DNA from: Eledone cirrhosa
Taxonomy: Eukaryota
NCBI GenBank assembly: GCA_964016885.1
Contig: OZ024741.1
Span: forward strand, 105,834,001 to 105,898,000
DNA length: 64,000 nucleotides
Direction: 5' to 3'
Within the stretch, counting starts at the first letter, position 1, and the number at the start of each line of letters is the position of its first letter. This document shows, one piece after another, positions 1-12,361 of the stretch. Made by a program: the position numbers and the translations under genes. The notes under the pieces were generated by a model. That model did not search any database. It was not told the DNA's origin and saw only the letters and a list, made by a program, of their open reading frames with translations.

Positions 1-3000
1 TCATCATCATCATCAACGTTTAACGTCCGTGTTCCACGCTTGCATGGGTTTGGACGGGGGTTTTCCCACTTGAGGCAAGAGTGATTGTCTTGCTCGCATA
101 GGGCTGTCTGGCGGGTTTTCTACAGCTGGATGCCCTTCCTAACACCAACCACATTTACAGTGTGGGGCTGGGAGGTTTTTACCGTGTTGCCTACACGGCC
201 ACATTACAGTGTGGACTGTCTGGCAGGTTTTCTACAGCTGGATGCCCTTCCTAACACCAACCACATTTACAGTGTGGGGCTGGGAGGTTTTTACCGTGTT
301 GCCTACACGGCCACATTACAGCGTGGACTGTGTTTTTTTGTCGTGACACCTACACGATCTCATTTGTTTCGGCCTGGATGTTGTGGCACCAACATAACTT
401 TACATTGAAAGGGGCGGTGTGGATGGGGTGGGGGTGGTGGAATGGGGGGTATATTTTGTTAGAGATGCCTACTGACTGTAGTAGTTTTACTTTGTATTTA
501 GGTAAGGCGGGTCTTCTCTATTACTGAGTACCGCCAAAGGTCTCGGTCCAGTGACATTGTCTTGGAGAGGTGTGTGTGAGGTCGGAATTTATCAGCTCGT
601 CCCAGGTTTTTCTGGGTCTGCCTACTCCGTGGCTACCGTCTATCTTTATTGCCCTGCACTTTGTTATACAGCTATCGTCTTTCATGTGCATCACGTGACC
701 ATACCAACGTAGCCTTCTCTCAAGTAAACAACATCTGATCCCTCTTATTTCTAATTTTTTCCTTAGTTCGTTTATGCTTTGCCGTTCACGTATATTACTA
801 TTACACATCCAGCGGAGCATGCAAGCTTCGTTCCTCTCTAGTCTGCGTATATCCTCTGCACACAATGCCCAGGTCTCACTGCCATGCAACATTGCTGTTC
901 GTATGCAGGCATCATACAACCTGCCTTTCATTTTTAGGGAGAACCCTTTAGTGGCTAATAGTGGTATAAGCTCTCTGAACTTTTTCCATCCAGTTCTGAC
1001 TCTAGCTACTGTACTTTCAGAGCACCCTCCCCCACTGCTGATTTTGTCACCCAGGTAACGGAAGCTGTCCACTATTTCTATAGATCCCTCTGCGCAGTTG
1101 AAAGAGCTAGTATTTTGTGGGCACTTGCTGCTACTTATTGCACCAGAGCACCGGCCACATGTAAAATCTATGTTCTTAGTTAGCTTACCTGTGATCCCAC
1201 TACATCTTTTATGCACCCATACTTTCCATTTGGGACATAAAATGGAGTTTCTACCTACGCCTTTCCTACACACTGAGCATGGCCACTTCCCGGAAGGGAC
1301 CGCCACCTTATTTTCTTTCTTACAAACTAGAACTTTAGTCTTAGCCAGGTTAATTTTAAGGCCTTTTGATTCTAGGCCGTGCTTCCATGTTTGGAATTTC
1401 TTCTCTAGCTCGGCCATTGATTCAGCTATGAGTGTTAGGTCATCTGCGTATAGGAGTTCCCATGGGCAGCCGGTCTTGAACTCCTCTGTTATAGCCTGAA
1501 GGGCAATAATAAATAGTAGGGGGCTGAGAACAGAGCCCTGATGGACACCAACTTTTACGCTAAACTCTTCACTATATTCGTTGTTAATTCTAACCTTGCT
1601 GACTGCTTCTTTATACATGGCTTGTATAGCTCTCACAAGCCATTCGTCAACACCTAGTTTTCTAAGAGCCCACCAGATAATGGAACGGGGGACTCTGTCG
1701 AAGGCTTTCTCCAAGTCGACAAAAGCTAAGTATAGGGGTTTACTTTTAGCTAGGTACTTCTCCTGTAGCTGTCATACAATGAAAAGAGCGTCTGTGGTAC
1801 TTTTGCCTGACACAAACCCGAACTGCATTTCATCTAGATCAATTCTCTCTCTGATTAGTTGCGCTATTAATTTTTCCGTGACCTTCATGACCTGGTCGAT
1901 TAATTTAATGCCTATCTAGGGCATCTCCTTTACCCTTATAACAGTTAACGATGCTGCTGCTACGCCAGTCCTTCGGAACAACCCCATTCTGTACGACTTG
2001 GTTAACTATCCAGTTGACCATGGTGTGTCCCGCCGTACCAGATGCCTTCAGCATCTCAGCAACTATTTCCGAAGGCCCAGCCGCCTTATCCGTCTTCATA
2101 TCTTTGATGCCTTACTTATTATACTGCCCTCGACTAACACTGCTGGTCCCTCTATTGGGTCGATGTGGGGGAGACTGTCTTTCTCCCATTTATTCTCCTC
2201 ATTCAGTAGCCTTTCGTAGTGACACTTCCAAGCTACCTTCTTATCAGTGTCGGTGATGGCAAGTACGCCGTCATCATTAAGTACACACTTCTCCCCGACA
2301 ATATCACGGTTTTCCTTGACACATTGCCTAGCAATCCTGAACACCTCACGTTTTTGGTCCTCGTGTTGTAGAACATGCTTGAACTTTCTTTCCTCTGCTT
2401 CCCTTCTTGCGAAGTACACTTGTCTCCTAGCTTCCCTCCTGGCCACTTGATAGTCTTCTCTACTTCCCCCCATCCCGCCATACTTTCCAAGCCTGCTTTT
2501 TGGCCTTAATTGACCCCTCCACCTTACTGTTCCACCACCATGTTACTCTCCTCCTGCCTACAGGCCTGCTCCAGCCATAGACTTTGTCTGCCGCCATCAG
2601 AAGGTTTGCTTTCAGGAATTCCCACTGTTCCTCTATATTGTACGACTCTAATTGCTCTTCCTTACTGTCGAAAGCATCAAGTAGTATGCTTTTAAATTTA
2701 TTTCTGGCTGTGGGGTCCTTTAGCTTCCATATTTTTCTCCTGAGGATAGTCCTCTTCTGCTGTCTAGTACGTCTCGTCCTGACTATTAGGTCGCTAATTA
2801 TCAGTCTATGTTGGGAGGTGCATTCTTCATGGGGGAGGGATTTAGTGTTTACAACAGACACTCTGTCACGTCTTCTGGTAAAGATATAATCTACCTGGCT
2901 GGTATGTTCCCCCGATCTATAGGTGATCAAGTGATTGTCACGTTTTTTGAAGTTAGTGTTACAGATAGTTAGGTTATTTGCGTCACAGAATTCCAGGATT

Positions 3001-3850
3001 CTGGAGCCTTCCTCATTTCTAGTACCAAACCCATAGCCTCCATGGATTTCGTCGTAGCCGTCACAATGTTGTCCAACGTGACCATTTAGGTCGCCTGCAA
3101 TAATTATATAGTCACTGTCGGTTATTTGGGAGGCAGTGAGCATCAGTGTCTCATAGAATCTGTCTTTTATAGTGCCGGGCAGTCCGGATTGGGGTGCGTA
3201 CGCAGATATTAGTCACCGTAGTTCTATTGAGGACAAGTCTTATTTTAATTATTCTGTCGTTCACTCTATTTACGTCTATTATCTTATCTGCCCACTTTTC
3301 TGCTACCATGATTCCTACTCCATCCGGCCCATTGTCATTTCCCACCCAGAAAAGCTTATAGCATCGTTTTTTACCCACAATGAATCTAGCAGACCCACCC
3401 CTCCACCTGGTCTCTTGAATACAACAAACATCGACCTCCTTACGTTCAAGCATTTCTACAACCTCGTTAGAGCGACCCTTTAAGGTGCCTACATTCATGG
3501 TACCAACTCTGAAGTTTTGGATTGCGTTTGGAGGGTGGGAGTGGTGGGGTGCGGGGGGGGGGGGGGGGGGGGGTTATGTTAGCCATCCGCGGCCGAAACA
3601 AAGAGCAGGAGTGCTCGCATTCTCGTCCACAAGGTGAATTTGTCTTTATCTTTGGCATTGTCGCTGAGCGTCCAGATTTTTCTCTCTTCAACTCTCCAAC
3701 ATTCCGTAGTCCATCCATCCATCATATCGAAAGGCAACCAGGTAAGCGATAGTATAGGCCTCTGGCTTATGATTGGTACACGTAATAATAATGGTGGTGC
3801 GTGGGGGCGGGCGGGAGGTATGTTGAGTTGTTAGCGAGAAGGTAAGGTTT
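1..3850 (-). mobile_element. Near full-length RTE-clade LINE (family A): APE endonuclease + reverse transcriptase + PHD-like Zn finger, disrupted by stops/frameshifts, 3' UTR ending in (ATG)n
   Basis: ORFs 3151-3498 (NVGTL...CIQETRW) and 2460-3143 (IAGDLNGHVG, SQVDYI, SQHRL) are APE motifs. ORFs 2096-2473, 1905-2099 and 521-1714 carry the RT ([24 protein letters not shown]). The (CAT)n tail is at 1-14. Confidence 0.93.
521..3498 (-). pseudogene. Broken APE-RT ORF of the RTE LINE
   Basis: Five consecutive ORF pieces in different frames together give one EN-RT polyprotein. Confidence 0.88.
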
Positions 3851-3883
3851 AAATAAGATCCTTGTATTTAACAAGCAATAACA

Positions 3884-3982
3884 AAAATACAAGATTTGTT
3901 TTGGAAAATACGACAAAAATACAGGAGGATTTGTTTTGGAAAATACGACAAAAATACAGGAGGATTTGTTTTGGAAATACGA
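3884..3982. repeat. Short tandem repeat, about 3 copies of ~35 bp (ATACAGGAGGATTTGTTTTGGAAAATACGACAAAA)
   Basis: Direct reading of the sequence. Confidence 0.8.
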
Positions 3983-3984
3983 TA

Positions 3985-6900
3985 GAGTAAAACTAACATT
4001 AGCACAAACATTAGCCTGAACACTAGCACTAAAACTAACACTACCATAAACACTAACACTGACCTGAGCACTAACACTAAAAGTAACACTAACACAAACA
4101 CTAATCTGAAAACTGATACTAACCAGAAAACTAAGCTAACATTAACTTCAACACTAAAACAAACACTAACGCTAACAGAGATACTAACACAAATATTAAC
4201 ACAAAAACAAACTCTAACACTAACACTAAAACTAACATTAACTTGAACACTAACTCTAACCTGAAAACTAAGCTAACATTAACCTGAACACTAACATAAA
4301 CACTAATGCTAACACTAACAGAAATACTAATGCTAACATTAACACAAAAACAAAAACTAACGCTAACACAATCACTAACACTAATGGAAACATCAAACAC
4401 TAATGCTAACAGAGATACTAACACAAATATTAACACAAAAAACAAATACTAACACTAACACAATCTCTAACACTAACCTTAACACTAAAACTAACACTAA
4501 CATTAACTTGAACACTAACACTAACCTGAACACTTACACTAAAACTAACACTAACAGAGATACTAACACAAATATTAACACAAAAACAAACACTAACACA
4601 ATCTCTAACACTAAAACTAACATTAACTTGAACACTAACACTAACCTGAAAACTAAGCTAACATTAACCTGAACACTAACACAAACACTCATGCTAACAC
4701 TAACAGAAATACTAATGCTAACATTAACACAAAAACAAAGACAATCACTAACACTAATGGAAACATCAATCACTAATGCTAACAGAGATACTAACACAAA
4801 TATTAACACAAAAAACAAATACTAACACTAACACAATCTCTAACACTAACCTTAACACTAAAACTAACACTAACATTAACTTGAACACTAACACTAACCT
4901 GAACACTTACACTAAAACTAACACTAACAGAGATACTAACACAAATATTAACACAAAAACAAACACTAACACAATCTCTAACACTAAAACTAACATTAAC
5001 TTGAACACTAACACTAACCTGAAAACTAAGCTAACATTAACCTGAACACTAACACAAACACTCATGCTAACACTAACAGAAATACTAATGCTAACATTAA
5101 CACAAAAACAAAGACAATCACTAACACTAATGGAAACATCAATCACTAATGCTAACAGAGATACTAACACAAATATTAACACAAAAACAAACACTAACAC
5201 AATCTCTAACACTAAAACTAACATTAACACTTACACTAAAACTAACATTAACCTAAACACTAGCACTAAAACTAACACTACCATAAACAGTAACACAAAC
5301 ACTAACACTGATCTGAGCACTAACCTGAACACTAACACTAAAACTAACACGAAAACTGATACTAACCAGAAAACTAAGCTAACATTAACCTCAACACTAA
5401 CATTAACAGAAAAACAAAGACTAGCACTAACACTAATGGAAACACTAACACAAACATTAACACAAAATAAAACACTAACACTAATGGAAAAAATAACACT
5501 AACACTACCATAAACCACTAACCTGAGCACTAACACTAAAAGTAACACGAGCCCTAACCTGAAAACTAACACTAACCAGAACACTAAGTCAACATTAACC
5601 TGAACACAAACACTAACAAAAATGCTAACACTAATACAAAATCAAACACTAACACAAACACTAATGGAAACACTAACACTAACGCCAACGCTGACACTGA
5701 CGAAGATGGCTATGCTGGCACAAACGCTAGCGCAAATGTTGACACAAACACTAACGTGAATACTGATGCAGGTGCAGAGGTGAATGCTGACAAAGACTCT
5801 GACGCACACCCTGATGTAAATGCTACACAGACTCAAACGCTGACGTGGACACTGACACAAATGCTCACGCTGATGCAAACACTAATGCAGACGCAAATGT
5901 TGATGCAGATGTTAAAGCAAACGCAAATGCTGACACAAACGATGACAGCGATGCTAATGTGAACCTTAACGCAGACATAAACATTGACGTAGAAGCTAAA
6001 GGAAACACTGATGCAAACACTAACGAAAATGCTGACGCAGACGCTGACACAGAGGCTAACGTAAACATTGACGCAGATGCTAATATAAACACTGACGCAG
6101 ACGCTAACATAAACGCTGACACAGATGCTAACACACGTTGACACAAACGATGACGCAGACACTAATGTAAACGATGACGTAGATGCTAACGTAAACGCTG
6201 ACACAGACGCAAATGTAAACGCTGACGCTGATGTAGATGTAAATACAGACACTGACGTAGAAGCTAACACAAACGCTGACACAGACACTAATGTAAGCGC
6301 TGACGTAGAAGCTAATGTAGATGCTGATGTAGAAGCTAACGTAAACGATGACGTGGATGTGAATGTAGATGCTAACGTAAAAGCTAACGTAAACGATGAC
6401 GTAGATGTTAATGTAGATGCTGACGTAGAAGCTAACGTAAACGCTGACGTAGAAGCTAACAAAACGCTGACGTAGTTGTTACGTAGAAGCAGGCGTAGAA
6501 GTTAGCGTTTACCCTTACCGCCGAAGCTGATCTCCAAAACGCAATTGTTGATGCGGATTGCCAAAGCCAAAGCTAACGCTGACGCAAATGTTGGGGCAAT
6601 TTTGCCGGCGCTGACGTGTATGCTGACGCTAACGCAAATGCTGATGCGGACGCTAGGGCTAACGCTAACGCTGACGCAAATGCTGAAGTTAACGCTTACA
6701 TGGGATATGCAGACGCTGCAATGATGCGGACGCCACAGGAAAGGTTGATGGAAACGCCAATGCTAACGGAAACGCTGACGTAGACGTTACGGAAACGCTG
6801 ACGTAGAAGCTAACGTAAACGCTGACACAGACGCTAACGTAAACGCTGACACAGACGCTAACGTAAACACTGACGTTAACTGAAAAGCTGACGCTGATGT

Positions 6901-7830
6901 AGATGTAAATACTGACGCTGACACAGACGCTAATGGAAACACTGACGTAGAAGCTAATGGAAACACTGACGTAGAAGCTAACGGTAACACTGACACAGAC
7001 GCTAACGTAAACACTGACACAGAAGCTAACGGAAACACTGACACAGACGCTAACGGAAATGCTGACACAGACGCTAACGGAAATGCTGACGTAGAAGCTA
7101 ACATACACGCTGACACAGACGCTAATGGAAACACTGACGTAGAAGCTAACGGAAACACTGACACAGAAGCTAACGGAAACACTGACACAGACGCTAACGG
7201 AAATGCTGACAAAGACGTTAAAGGAAACGCTGTCGCAAACGCTAATGTGAATGCTGATGCAGATGCTGACGCAAATGCTAACCCCTACACAAATGCAAAC
7301 GCTGACGCTAACACTGACTCAAACACTGATGCAAATGCTGACGTGCACGCTGATGCAAACGCTGACACTGAGGGAAATGCTGACACTGACACAAGTGCTG
7401 ACGCGGACGCTAATGATAATGCTGACTCAGAAGCTGACGTAGACGTAGGCACTGAAACAAACACTAATGCTAACACTAATGTTGACTCGGACGCTAAGGG
7501 AAATGCTGACACAATCACTATCACTAGTGCAGAAGCTGACGCAAATGCTGACATAGATGCTGACACTTGCGCAAACACTAAGGCTAATCCAAACACTAAC
7601 ACAGATGCTAACACCAGTCTACATAGACACTAACGCAAAAGCTTACATAGACGCTTATGTAAATGCTAACGCTGATGCAGACAGTAACGCAAACAGTAAC
7701 TGTAAGAGTAACAATTACAGTAACACTAACAGTGAGAGTAATGCTAACAGTAACACAGTCACTAACAATAAACTTACCATTAACAGTAAAACTTACCCTA
7801 ACACTAACCCTAAATCTAACATTAACCCAG
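3985..7830. repeat. Degenerate hexamer satellite (CTAACA / CTGACG / CTAACG units) with a 373-bp higher-order duplication
   Basis: 6-bp periodicity throughout. Identical spurious ORFs at 4403 and 4776 show the 373-bp repeat. CCCTAA words occur at 7796-7812. Confidence 0.9.
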
Positions 7831-7929
7831 AGAAAAAAGTCATTTGCAATCACATTTAAGGTCACTCTTTAAGATATAGAAGATAGGCATTACATTTTAA
7901 TGATTTTAATTTAAAGAGAATCACGCTAT

Positions 7930-10740
7930 ATGATGCAACACAATAACACACCACACCACACTAACCTATACTACACCAAACCAGATTATACCATACCTTG
8001 GTAAATTTATGTTAGGTTTCCATGTTATAACTAAACCATACCAAACTACACCAAACCAAACCACACCATAACAAACTACACCATACATCACACCATGCTA
8101 TTGAACTCAGTGTGAAAAATTTTCTTCCTGCTTTTTTTGTCTTTTTTTGTGTGTGTGCTTACCACCCAATCTGACATTAAAAGTGTTCGCAATTAACTAT
8201 TTTTTGCACATGAAGACTTTGAAACCTGTTGAAAATGACTAGCTTTGTAGAAAAAAGAGAGCGGAAAGTGGGTGGAAATACCATTCACAAAGCTTGTCAT
8301 TTTTGATTGCAGTGAAAGTCATATTTGTTGTTAATATGGTAATGGAGGCACATGGCTTAGTGGTTAGAACATTGGCCTTGCAATCGAAAGGTTGTGAGTT
8401 CAATTCTCAGACCAGGTGGTGTGTTGTTTCCTTGAGCAAGACACTTTATTTCACATTGCTCCAGTTTACTCAGCTGTAGAAATGAGATGATAGGGACTGG
8501 GGTCCCTATCATTCCACTGCAAAGTGGTCGTGGAGGTGCCACGGCAAAAACCACCCAGCACTCACTGTAAATGAGGTTGGTGTTAGGAAGGGCATCCAGC
8601 TGTAGAAATCAAGCCAGAATCAGTTCCCGTCCCACCCTTGCAAGCAGGGAAAAGTGGACGTAAAATGATGATGATAGTAAAAGCATAATCGGCTGTGAGC
8701 ATGTTGGAGGTTGGAAAACCATACCACATTAAACTACATCAAACTACACCATACCAAACTACACCATACTACATCACACCATGCTATTAATCTCAGTGAG
8801 AACATTTTTCTTCCTGTTTTTTTTTTCTGTGTGTGTGTGTGCTTACCACCCAATCTGACATCAAAGGTGCTCACAAATGACTATTTTTTTACACATTATC
8901 AATGTATATAACATGGAATTCTATTATTTGCAATAGGTTCCCATGTCATAACTACAACAATCCAAACCACACCATAACAAACTACACCATTCTACATCAC
9001 ACCATGCTTTTGATCTCAGTGTGAAAAATTTTCTTCCTGTTTGTTTTTATTTTTTGTGTGTGTTCTTACCACCCAATCTGATATCAAAGGTGCTGCAATT
9101 GACTATTTTTTGCATATAATATCAATAATTATGACATGGAAAACTGTTGAAAATGACTAGCTTTGTAGAAAAAAGAGGGAGGATGTGGGTGGAAATACCA
9201 TTTACAAAGCTAGTCATTTTTTCATTACAGCGGAAGTCATATTTTTTGTTAATATGCTAAAAGCATAGTCCACTGCGAGCATCTTGGAAGTTGATAGCAC
9301 ATGCAAAAATGAAGGAAAAATTTTTTTTCTAACATAAATCAAAGTGGAAATTTAAATCCTCACTTATAACAAAGCACATTAATCTACCCCAATCCACACC
9401 ATAAATTAACCATAACCATACTTCACTATATGGTAAATTTATTACAGAACACCTACTCCTACCATTTACATCACACTGTGGTATGGACATCAATGTGACA
9501 AATTTGCTACCTGCTTTTTTTTTTTTGTGGTTACCACCTCAAACTAACATCAAAGGTGCTTGCAAATGACTATTTTCCCACACATTATCAATGAATATGA
9601 CATGGGAATCTATCGTTTACAATTGGTTTCCATTTCATAACTTCACCAAACCAAACCAAACCACACCACACCAAGTTACACCATACTACATCACACCAAG
9701 CTATTGATCTTGGTGTGGAACATTTTCTTCCCATTTCCTTTTTTTTTTTGTGTGTGTGCTTACCACCCAATCTGACATTAAAGGTGCTCCCAATTGACTA
9801 TTTTTTTTCCACTTATCAATAATTATGACATGGAAACCTGTCGAAAATGACTATCTTTGTAGAAACTTCACCAAACCACACCATACTACATCACACCAAG
9901 ATATTGATTTTGGTGTGACAAATTTTCATTTGGCATTTTTTTTTTTCTGTGCTTACCACCCAATTTGACATAAAAGGTGCTCGCAAATTATTATTTTATG
10001 CACATATTATCAATGGTTATGACATGGAAACCTGATGAAAATGACTAGCTTTGTAGAAAAAAGAGGGAGGATGTGGGTGGAAATACCATTTACAAAGCTA
10101 GCCATTTTTTATTGCAGCGAAAGTCATATTTTTTGTTAATATGCTAAAAGCATAGTCCACTGCGAGCTCCTTGGAAGTTGAGAGCACATGCAAATATGAA
10201 GGAAAAATTTTTTTTCTAACATAAATCAAAGTGGAAATTTAAATCCTCACTTATAACAAAGCACACCACAGCACATTAATCTACCTCAATCCACACCATA
10301 TACTTCACCATAACCATCATCATCATCGTTTAACGTCCATGTTCCATGCTTGCATGGGTTTGGACGGGAGTTTTCCCACTTGAGGCAGGAGTGGTTGTCT
10401 TGCTCGCATAGGACTGTCTGGCGGGTTTTCTACAGTTGGATGCCCATACTTCACTATATGGTAAATTTATTACAGAACACCTACTCCTACCATTTACATC
10501 ACACCAATGCTCGCAGTTGACTATTTTTTTCACATATTATGAATGAATATAACTTTGAAACCTATCGTCAATGATTAGCTTTGTAGAAAATTGAAGGCAG
10601 AAAGTGGGTGGAAAAACCATTCACAAAGCTAGTCATTTTTAATTGCAGTGGAAATCATATTTGTTGTTAATATGCTAAAAAAATAGTCAATTGCAAGCAT
10701 TTTGGAGGTCGGATTAGTTGATAGGACATAAAAAAACAAA
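7930..10740. repeat. Diverged complex tandem repeat (satellite-like) with ACACC pentamer tracts
   Basis: CTTACCACCCAATCTGACAT recurs near 8158, 8842, 9066, 9530, 9760 and 9952. GAAAATGACTAGCTTTGTAGAAA recurs near 8231, 9150, 9843, 10037 and 10570. Confidence 0.8.
8343..8674 (+). mobile_element. tRNA-derived SINE (family S1) with RTE-derived 3' tail
   Basis: A box TGGCTTAGTGG and B box GAGTTCAATTC. Core CCTTGAGCAAGACACTT. The tail GTTAGGAAGGGCATCCAGCTGTAGAAA...GGACGTAAAATGATGA is shared with the RTE 3' UTR. Confidence 0.88.
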
Positions 10741-10863
10741 GGAAAACAAATATTGTCTATATGTTCCTGTGGAAAGTCGGGTCTTCTGTATTACTGTGTG
10801 ACGCCAGAGGTCATGGTCGTGTGTCATTGCCCTTGAGAGGTGCAATTGGGAAAGGTCAGCTTA

Positions 10864-11432
10864 GAAATATTTACTTCTGCGTTCACAGATTGATTTTTTT
10901 TTAGTTTCAGAAGATCCCATTAAGGGTGAAAGCAGCCGATTCTTTGCTTAAACTTTAATCTGTTATTTTAATAAATATTTGCTCTACGGTTCTTATATAT
11001 TTGATATATATTTATCCTTATCGAGCCCTCTTTGGATGTTAGTCTTCAAATTTATTATTATTACTATTTGGCTCCCTTGACTGAGTACTCTATTGACTTA
11101 TATTCATCATGCAGAAACATCTGAATATTTCTACAAAGAACATACCCGTACCAAGCAGGAAGAAATACCTAAAACTACGTCTCCACGAACCAAAGTATCG
11201 TCTTCCTGTCTTCCTTCGGTTGCAACGTTTTTCAAAATATTTACTTCTGCGTTCACAGATTGATGTTTTTTTAGTTTCAGAAGATCCCATTAAGGGTGAA
11301 AGCAGCCGATTCTTTGCTTAAACTTTAATCCGTTATTTTAATAAATATTTGCTCTACGGTTCTTATATAATTGATATTTATCCCTATCGAGCTCTCTTTG
11401 GATTTTAGTCTTAATACGTATTATTATTACTA
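10864..11432 (+). mobile_element. Tandem (370-nt period) small repeat carrying hammerhead-like motifs; Penelope-like/retrozyme-like
   Basis: A ~200-bp block is repeated at 10864 and 11234, with a third copy at ~47610-47810. Each has AGTTT-CAGAAGA-TCCC..GGGT-GAAA-GCAG..TTGC-TT-AAACT. Confidence 0.6.
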
Positions 11433-11520
11433 TATATATATATATATATGCGTGTGTGTGTATATATTAGTTTATATCATCATCATCATCATCGTTTAAC
11501 GTCCATCTTCTACGCTTGCA

Positions 11521-11586
<66 letters not shown>

Positions 11587-11591
11587 CATAT

Positions 11592-11956
11592 TGAGAGCAT
11601 TGGCCTTGCAATCGAAAGGTTGTGAGTTCAATTCTCACACCGGGTGATGTGTTGTTTCCTTGAGCAAGACACTTTATTTCACATTGCTCCAGTTTACTCA
11701 GCTGTAAAAATGAGATGATAGGACCGGGTCCTTATCATTCCACTGCAAAGTGGTCGTGGAGGTGCCACGGCAAAAAAGCACCCATCCCACACTGTAAAGT
11801 GGATGTGGAGGTGCCACGGGAAAAAAGCACCCAGCACTCACTGTAAATGAGGTTGGTGTTAGGAAGAGCATCCAGCTGTAGGAATCAAGCCAGAATCAGT
11901 TCCCGTCCCACCCTTGCAAGCAGGGAAAAAGTGGACGTAAAATGAAATGATGATGA
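11592..11956 (+). mobile_element. SINE S1 copy (5'-truncated)
   Basis: Near identity to 8343-8674. Confidence 0.85.
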
Positions 11957-12290
11957 ATGCTCCCAGCTGTGGTCACCCCATAGTATCAAACCAACCATGG
12001 AGCTTGAAGCAATCCAATGAAGCTACACCAAGAAGGTTGCCATGATGAAGGAGATAAACTACTGGGAGAGTCTAAAAGAACTGAAACTCTACTCCTTGGA
12101 ATGAAGACGGGAGAGATATGCAATGATATACATATGGAAAATCCTGGGGGGACTAAGACCAAACTTTCGCATTGAGAGCTGGACCAATTCTCGAACAGGA
12201 TGTCACTGTGTGGTACCAAAGGTCCCGTCTTCCACATCTAGAATCAGGAGCAGCTATTGCAATAGCCTGGGGTTCAAAGGCCCTCAACTT
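11957..12290 (+). mobile_element. CR1/L2-type LINE 3' fragment
   Basis: Translation gives Y W E S L K E L K L Y S L E * R R E R Y A M I Y I W K I L. It is homologous to 15045-15600. Confidence 0.7.
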
Positions 12291-12361
12291 GGTTTTCAAA
12301 ATTTAAATTTGTGTTTCCTATTCATCAATGCTTCAAGCAAGCTTTAAAACTCTGTTATATT

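Noticed and set aside
3868-7872. Many ORFs rich in Thr-Asn, Val-Leu or Ala-Asp dipeptides (adhesin/antifreeze-like)
   Set aside because: They are by-products of a 6-bp satellite. They are open in several frames on both strands, with no splice or start context.
8343-8415. tRNA gene
   Set aside because: The A/B boxes continue into the SINE body and tail. It is multicopy and lacks a clean cloverleaf or terminator.
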